Source of the DNA: Planctomycetaceae bacterium
GTDB lineage: Bacteria; Planctomycetota; Planctomycetia; Planctomycetales; Planctomycetaceae
DNA: 64,000 nt
Assembly: GCA_947476295.1 (NCBI GenBank)
Contig: CANJQC010000001.1
Coordinates: forward strand, 28,555-92,554
Reading direction: 5' to 3'
Part shown: positions 58,680-64,000 of the stretch, one piece after another
Layout: each line of letters opens with the position of its first letter
Numbering within the stretch: position 1 is the stretch's first letter
The notes under the pieces: generated by a model
Database searches by the model: none
Seen by the model: only the letters and a program-made list of their open reading frames with translations
Told to the model about the DNA's origin: nothing
Made by a program: the position numbers and the translations under genes

Positions 58680-60572
58680 TCATTGCTTCTTCGCAGCGAT
58701 CCACGCCGTCACCAGTTCGTCCAGCACATCAAGTGGGACTGCGCCGTTTCTCAGCACGACATCGTGGAACTCACGCACATCGAAGCGGCTCCCCAGTTCC
58801 AGTTCACACCGGCCGCGCAGCTCCTGAATTTTCAGTTCGCCAATCTTGTAGGCCAACGCCTGTCCGGGCCATGCGATATAGCGATCGATTTCGTTTTCGA
58901 TGTCCAGCATGGATTTGGCGGTATTGCCGGCAAAAAAGTCGATGGCCTCCTGGCGCCTCCATTTTAAACTGTGCATTCCCGTATCCACAACCAGTCGCAC
59001 GGCACGCCACATTTCATAAGTCAGCTGCCCGAAGCGAGAATACGGATCACGGTACAGTCCCAGCTCACGGCCAAGTTTTTCAGTGTACAATGCCCACCCT
59101 TCGACGAACGCTATTTGACCTCCGTAACGACGAAACTCCGGTAAATCCGTCAGTTCCATTGACAACGCAATCTGCAGATGATGGCCTGGCACGGATTCAT
59201 GCAGCGACAAAGCGTCAATCTCAAATTTTGGACGAGTTTCCGGGCGATACAGATTCACAAAATAGCTGCCGGGACGAGTCCCATCTGCAGCCGGAGGTCG
59301 ATAATAGGCCGTCGTCGTATCGGGTGCCATTTGATCGGGAATCGGCCGGATGTCGTAAACGGACTTTGGCAGCTTCAGAAACAGTTTTGGCAGATTTGGA
59401 TTGATGCGATCACAGCATTCGCGATACGCCTGCAGAAGTTCTTCCGGTGTCTCAAAGTAGAATTGTTTGTCCGTCCGCAGGTGAATCAGGAATTCCTGAA
59501 ACGAACCTTGAAATCGGACCTCGTTCTGAATGGCCTCCATTTCACTGCGAATGCGTTTCACTTCCGCCAACCCGATGTCGTGAATCTCCTGCGGCGTGAG
59601 ATTGGTTGTGGTAAACCGACGGGCCAGTTCTGCATACATCGTCTGGCCATCGGGACGTTGCCAGCAACCGACTTCATCAAAGCATGCAGGAAGATATTCT
59701 TTTTCAACGAACTCCAGAAACGTACGATACGAAGGCAGGATGCAGGATTCGATCGCGGCCGCCGCGTCTTTCTTCAGGCGATTCTTTTCCGCGTCGGTCA
59801 AATCGACGGTGAACGTGCGGAACGGCCTGTAATACGAACTCTCCTGAGGCTGATCGACGAGTTGTTTGCGGATCTGTGCGGGAACCCGCTGCATCACGAT
59901 TTTCGGATGTAACATCTTTTCGTGGATTCCCTGTCGCATCAGAGCCATCGTGCGCGCCGTGTATTCAGGGAATGCTTTCAGTCGCGCAATCCAGTCTTCA
60001 TAGTCCCGCAACGTATCAAACTGCAGGACATCCACAGTTGTGTCCTCATCCTGAATCCCGCCGCGGTGATTGATGGGAAGCAGATGCAACTGAAATCTCT
60101 GTTCGCTGATGTCGGCTTCGTACTGATACTCAAAGAGTCGTGCGTTCAGTTCATCGTCGGCTGAGAACGCTGACCGGTCTAGCGCCTTGACGGCCGTCAG
60201 CACCTGCCGCGTCTTCGTCTGCGACGTACGTACGGCGGTCAGCGAAATATCCGGCCAGAGCTTGTTGTAGCGTCGATCCCCAAGCCGAGATGACTGTGTT
60301 GGATTCTCCTTTAACGTCCGCTGCCATTCTTCGTCAAAGATCTGGTGCAGTCTTGTCGCAGCGTTTGTTGCAATGCTCGCCGAGTCTGTCGTGGACAACA
60401 CCACCGGCTGAAATGCGCAAGCGGCATCGGACACTGCAAATAGAAGTGATAAACAAATAACCCTGATTACCAGTACATGCACAGTCCGCGTGCCTCTGAA
60501 GTAGGATAGGGAATTCCGAAAAGAACGCAGTCTGGGAGACATGGACGATAATTCAAAGAAAATTGAGGCCAT
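58680..60572 (-). CDS. DUF885 family protein (secreted, metallopeptidase-like)
   Basis: LHESVPGHHLQ motif and the length and organisation typical of DUF885. N-terminal signal. An alternative ATG lies at 60542. Confidence 0.85.
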   Translation of the reverse strand: MASIFFELSSMSPRLRSFRNSLSYFRGTRTVHVLVIRVICLSLLFAVSDAACAFQPVVLSTTDSASIATNAATRLHQIFDEEWQRTLKENPTQSSRLGDRRYNKLWPDISLTAVRTSQTKTRQVLTAVKALDRSAFSADDELNARLFEYQYEADISEQRFQLHLLPINHRGGIQDEDTTVDVLQFDTLRDYEDWIARLKAFPEYTARTMALMRQGIHEKMLHPKIVMQRVPAQIRKQLVDQPQESSYYRPFRTFTVDLTDAEKNRLKKDAAAAIESCILPSYRTFLEFVEKEYLPACFDEVGCWQRPDGQTMYAELARRFTTTNLTPQEIHDIGLAEVKRIRSEMEAIQNEVRFQGSFQEFLIHLRTDKQFYFETPEELLQAYRECCDRINPNLPKLFLKLPKSVYDIRPIPDQMAPDTTTAYYRPPAADGTRPGSYFVNLYRPETRPKFEIDALSLHESVPGHHLQIALSMELTDLPEFRRYGGQIAFVEGWALYTEKLGRELGLYRDPYSRFGQLTYEMWRAVRLVVDTGMHSLKWRRQEAIDFFAGNTAKSMLDIENEIDRYIAWPGQALAYKIGELKIQELRGRCELELGSRFDVREFHDVVLRNGAVPLDVLDELVTAWIAAKKQ

Positions 60573-60949
60573 TCAAACTCCCAAAACCTCCCGAATCTCC
60601 GGCAAAAATAGCATCACAGGTAAAAACAGGCAATCTGCGCAGTAAAACTGCCGTTGACGGTCTCTAGCAATTGGATACAATCGGTCGAGTTGATAGTTGA
60701 CACGAACGGGGAAGCCGTTGTACTGCGAATCGAATTCTAAAGGTACGGCGGCAGTTCTGAACGTCTCATTTTGGCTCTCAATGGTGGCTCGCACAAATGA
60801 AGGCGGGTTTCGCAGTTGCAGGGATCAAAGAAGCAACGAGTTGCCAGTGTTCGGCGCTGAAGCGTCATGGATGGCGTCCGGCATGCTGTCGGACGGTGGG
60901 ATGCTGCTTGGTTGCAGCTCATCGGTTTTCCAACAAACGGATTGTGCTC

Positions 60950-61531
60950 ATGAAAACTGTGTTCACGACTGGCGAAGCCGCCAAGATCTGCAAGGTCAGT
61001 CAGCAGACGATTATTCGCTGCTTTGATTCTGGCCAACTTAAGGGATTTCGCGTCCCAGGTTCACGATTTCGTCGGATTCCACGCGACGTTCTGTACAAAT
61101 TCATGAAAGAGAACGGTATTCCAACCGACGCTCTGGAAAGTGGCAAACGCAAGGCTCTGCTCGTTGACGATGACCACGAACTTGTGGAGCTAATCACCGA
61201 TGCTTTGCAGGCTGACGGTCGTTTCGAAGTCCGCGTCGCCAACAATGGTTTCGATGCGGGCATGATGGTTAAGGAATATCATCCGGACATCATCGTGCTG
61301 GACGTCATGCTTCCGGACATCAATGGCAAGGAGGTCTGCCAGCGAGTACGCGGTGATTCAGCACTCGATGACGTCCGCATCATCTGTATCAGCGGAATGG
61401 TCGAACAGGACAAGATTCAGGAACTCAAATCTGCCGGTGCCAATCATTTCCTGCAGAAGCCATTTGAAGTCGATACCCTGATCGATCACATTTGTCGTCT
61501 GCTGGATATTGAGCAGTTGCAGTCTAGGTAG
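60950..61531 (+). CDS. response regulator with N-terminal excisionase/MerR-type HTH and C-terminal receiver domain
   Basis: FTTGEAAKICKVSQQTIIRCFDSGQLKGFRVPGSRFRRIPR, then a REC domain (ALLVDDD...IIVLDVMLPDINGKEV). ATG at 60950; the six-frame ORF opens at 60797. Confidence 0.8.
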   Translation: MKTVFTTGEAAKICKVSQQTIIRCFDSGQLKGFRVPGSRFRRIPRDVLYKFMKENGIPTDALESGKRKALLVDDDHELVELITDALQADGRFEVRVANNGFDAGMMVKEYHPDIIVLDVMLPDINGKEVCQRVRGDSALDDVRIICISGMVEQDKIQELKSAGANHFLQKPFEVDTLIDHICRLLDIEQLQSR

Positions 61532-61569
61532 CCGCAGTTGCAATCAAATACGAATCAGCGGTCGCCCTC

Positions 61570-62814
61570 GTGCGACCGCTTAGTCGTTTAGTCCCAGAGC
61601 CATCGCCTCAGGTGCGTTACATCGGACGAGGACGAAGAACCAGCGGCACTGTTGGAGCAATACAGGTGAGCATCTCGACGGAAGAGCAGAGCGGTGACAG
61701 GCTGTTTCTTCATCGACTGCTGGACGCACAAGTCTCCGAGAATGGCTGGGACGATTTATCGTCGCTCGTCGTCGAAACTTGGATTCGGCTCGGCGGAGCG
61801 TCAGCCGCTGTGCTCATCAGCCCGAATGGGGCTGATGAAATGCAGATCAAATGTTGCCGTGCCGTCCAGGGGCAGGCACTACAGTTCAGTGACATATTAC
61901 GGGCTCAGCCATTTGCGATTCTGCTCGATCGGGGCGACATCATCGAAGCGATTGCAGAGACCGGACTCATCGGAGGCCTGCATTTGATGGTCCTGCCGTG
62001 GCCTGATCTGGCGGCGGCCATGATCCTGCAGTTTCCGGAAGTCGTGGATCCTGCACAGGCAGCATTGCAGACAACGCTGATTTCAACATGCCGTCAATTG
62101 TTGTCCCGCGCGAACGATCGAGCGATCCTGTTGCCAAGCGGCGATCTTCTTGAAGCCATGGCCGAATTCGCCGCCGGAGCGGGGCACGAAATCAATAATC
62201 CACTTGGCAGCATACTCGGGCAAACTCAGATCCTGCTGAAGAGCGAACCATCGACGGAACGAAAACAGGCGTTCGAGACGATTGGCGCACAAGCCTGGCG
62301 CGTTCGGGACATGATCGGCAATTCGATGCTGTTTGCTCGTCCGCCACAACCGCAGAAGCAAAATCTCAACCTTGTCGATGTCGTGCAGCAGGCACTGGCA
62401 CCGTTCGACAAGTCCGCTGCCGACGCTGGTGTTGAGATTCATTTTGCCACAACCGCCGACGAGATTGCTGTGGTCGCGGATCGCAGTCAATTGAGTACGC
62501 TCGTTGCACAACTGGTTCGCAACGGTATCGAATCACTTCGTGGGGCTGATCGGGACGGCAGCATTTCAGTGACACTTCGTGACGATCTCCCAAACACAGT
62601 GGAGCTGTCTGTGGTCGATGACGGCCCCGGGATCGTTTCGGATGAAGTGCGACGGCATCTGTTCAATCCATTCTATTCCGGTCGATCAGCCGGCCGCGGC
62701 CTAGGTTTCGGACTGTGCCTCGCATGGCAAATCGTCCGAATGCACGGCGGAATGATTCTGCATGAGACTCCGGAAACCGGCGGAGCCGCCTTTCATGTGG
62801 CGATGCCGCGATAA
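61570..62814 (+). CDS. cytoplasmic sensor histidine kinase (HisKA + HATPase_c)
   Basis: H-box FAAGAGHEINNPL. N, G1 and G2 boxes (LVRNGIES, VVDDGPGI, GRGLGFGL). No TM helix. The start is uncertain: the GTG at 61570 lies inside an 8-bp hairpin (61559-61580). Confidence 0.8.
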   Translation: MRPLSRLVPEPSPQVRYIGRGRRTSGTVGAIQVSISTEEQSGDRLFLHRLLDAQVSENGWDDLSSLVVETWIRLGGASAAVLISPNGADEMQIKCCRAVQGQALQFSDILRAQPFAILLDRGDIIEAIAETGLIGGLHLMVLPWPDLAAAMILQFPEVVDPAQAALQTTLISTCRQLLSRANDRAILLPSGDLLEAMAEFAAGAGHEINNPLGSILGQTQILLKSEPSTERKQAFETIGAQAWRVRDMIGNSMLFARPPQPQKQNLNLVDVVQQALAPFDKSAADAGVEIHFATTADEIAVVADRSQLSTLVAQLVRNGIESLRGADRDGSISVTLRDDLPNTVELSVVDDGPGIVSDEVRRHLFNPFYSGRSAGRGLGFGLCLAWQIVRMHGGMILHETPETGGAAFHVAMPR

Positions 62815-63144
62815 CCTTGGAAAAGACTTCATGCTCAGGAGCAACTGACGTCTGCAACGTCTGCAGGATGCGTTGAAGGCGCGGTTCGTGATCAAAGACG
62901 GGGATACAGCGGTTGACTAAAATCATCGGGGGAAAAGGTGGCCGACAGGCCGGATGAGGGGGTCTCAAGGATGGCAGCGTACGAGAAAAGCCCCGCCATT
63001 CCGTCGTCGAATTCCTTCCCAACCGCGAGCGATGGGGAGCGGGATGGATTTCAGACTTGACCCATGCTATCAATCGTCGCGAACATCCGGTGCTGAACGG
63101 ACCGCTCAAAACTCACGCAGATCTTGTCTCGAAAGTCCTGAATC

Positions 63145-64000
63145 ATGGCTCAAGCCCGTCTCCAGGGTATTTTCACTCCGAACCTAATTCCCTACACAGC
63201 CGACGGCGGGATTAATGAGCCTGAACTGCGAAGATACGCCGACTGGCTCATCGATCGCGGTGTGCACGGACTTTACCCGAACGGATCGACAGGAGAATTC
63301 ACTCGTTTCACCCCGGAAGAACGCCGACGCATCGTGGCGATTCTGGCTGATCAGGTTCGCGGACGCGTGCCTATTCTCGCTGGTGCCGCTGAAGCGAATG
63401 TCAGAGAAACAATCAAGGCCTGCGAATACTACGCATCGCTGGGAATTCGAGCCGTCGCGATTGTGGCCCCGTTTTATTACAAGCTGAGCCCCGCGTCAGT
63501 TTATGCGTACTTCAAAGAGATCGGACGCAACACGCCAATTGACGTGACTCTGTACAACATTCCGATGTTTGCCAGTCCGATCGATGTACCCACCATTCAG
63601 CGACTGTCAGAAGAATGCGAACGAATCGTCGCGATTAAGGATTCCTCCGGAGAAATCCCGCACATGATTCGCATGATTCAGGCAGTGAAACCTAACCGTC
63701 CCGACTTTGCATTTCTCACGGGCTGGGATGCTGCACTGATGCCGATGCTGCTGATCGGTTGCGACGGCGGAACAAACGCCAGTTCGGGAGTCGTCCCGGA
63801 ACTGACTCGCAAGCTTTATGACCTGACAAAATCTTACCAGATCGATGCGGCTCGCGCGGTTCAATACGACCTTGTAAAATTGTTCGACACAATGATCTAC
63901 TCCGCCGAATTTCCGGAAGGATTTCGGGCGGCGGTCGAACTGCGAGGATTCAAAATGGGACACGGGCGTCAGCCTCTGTCGGACAAACAGCAAACCGACA
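63145..64000 (+). CDS. dihydrodipicolinate synthase (DapA/NAL) family lyase, 3' end outside the window
   Basis: My own translation from the ATG at 63145 gives [18 protein letters not shown]...[15 protein letters not shown]...IVAIKDSSG (Schiff-base Lys context). The frame is open to the window end and is not listed in the ORF track because it is unterminated. Confidence 0.8.
   Translation, partial: MAQARLQGIFTPNLIPYTADGGINEPELRRYADWLIDRGVHGLYPNGSTGEFTRFTPEERRRIVAILADQVRGRVPILAGAAEANVRETIKACEYYASLGIRAVAIVAPFYYKLSPASVYAYFKEIGRNTPIDVTLYNIPMFASPIDVPTIQRLSEECERIVAIKDSSGEIPHMIRMIQAVKPNRPDFAFLTGWDAALMPMLLIGCDGGTNASSGVVPELTRKLYDLTKSYQIDAARAVQYDLVKLFDTMIYSAEFPEGFRAAVELRGFKMGHGRQPLSDKQQTD

Overview
The gene-family content of this 64-kb window points to a Planctomycetota-type chromosome. 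That placement rests on hallmark families recognised by eye, not on any search: a DUF1559 prepilin-like protein, a DUF1501 + DUF1549/DUF1553 pair, many Tat-signal Gfo/Idh/MocA and xylose-isomerase-like enzymes, a PmoA-like DUF6807 protein, and BlaI/BlaR1-like pairs.

The centre (21.3-37.9 kb) is one same-strand respiratory super-cluster. It encodes a Rieske protein, a split cytochrome b, a 1326-aa octahaem cytochrome c, a cupredoxin-like lipoprotein, a dihaem cytochrome c, aa3-type oxidase subunits II/I, haem A synthase, haem O synthase, and oxidase subunits III/IV. Three large structured intergenic elements punctuate it: an inverted hexamer-repeat array and two copies of a REP-like GGGGTCTGACCC palindrome pair.

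The left part carries periplasmic and secreted enzymes (PhoD, oxidoreductases, BNR sialidase-like), a transposase remnant, and a Dam-like methylase followed by a SWIM/SNF2 helicase. The methylase is preceded by a leader ORF containing a G8 tract and a 17-nt tandem duplication. The right part is mostly housekeeping and signalling:
- glpD, rsmG, a PLP dehydratase and an L,D-transpeptidase;
- glycosyltransferases and a Ser/Thr kinase;
- two two-component-type modules;
- a BlaI repressor next to a BlaR1-like gene whose metalloprotease core appears deleted.

I saw no rRNA, tRNA or CRISPR array. All product calls come from motif recognition in the translated ORFs, and start codons are often ambiguous (several TTG/GTG candidates). 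I found no clear-cut, fully novel multi-gene system. The most system-like candidates are the leader-ORF/methylase/SNF2 locus and the structured-RNA-punctuated respiratory cluster.
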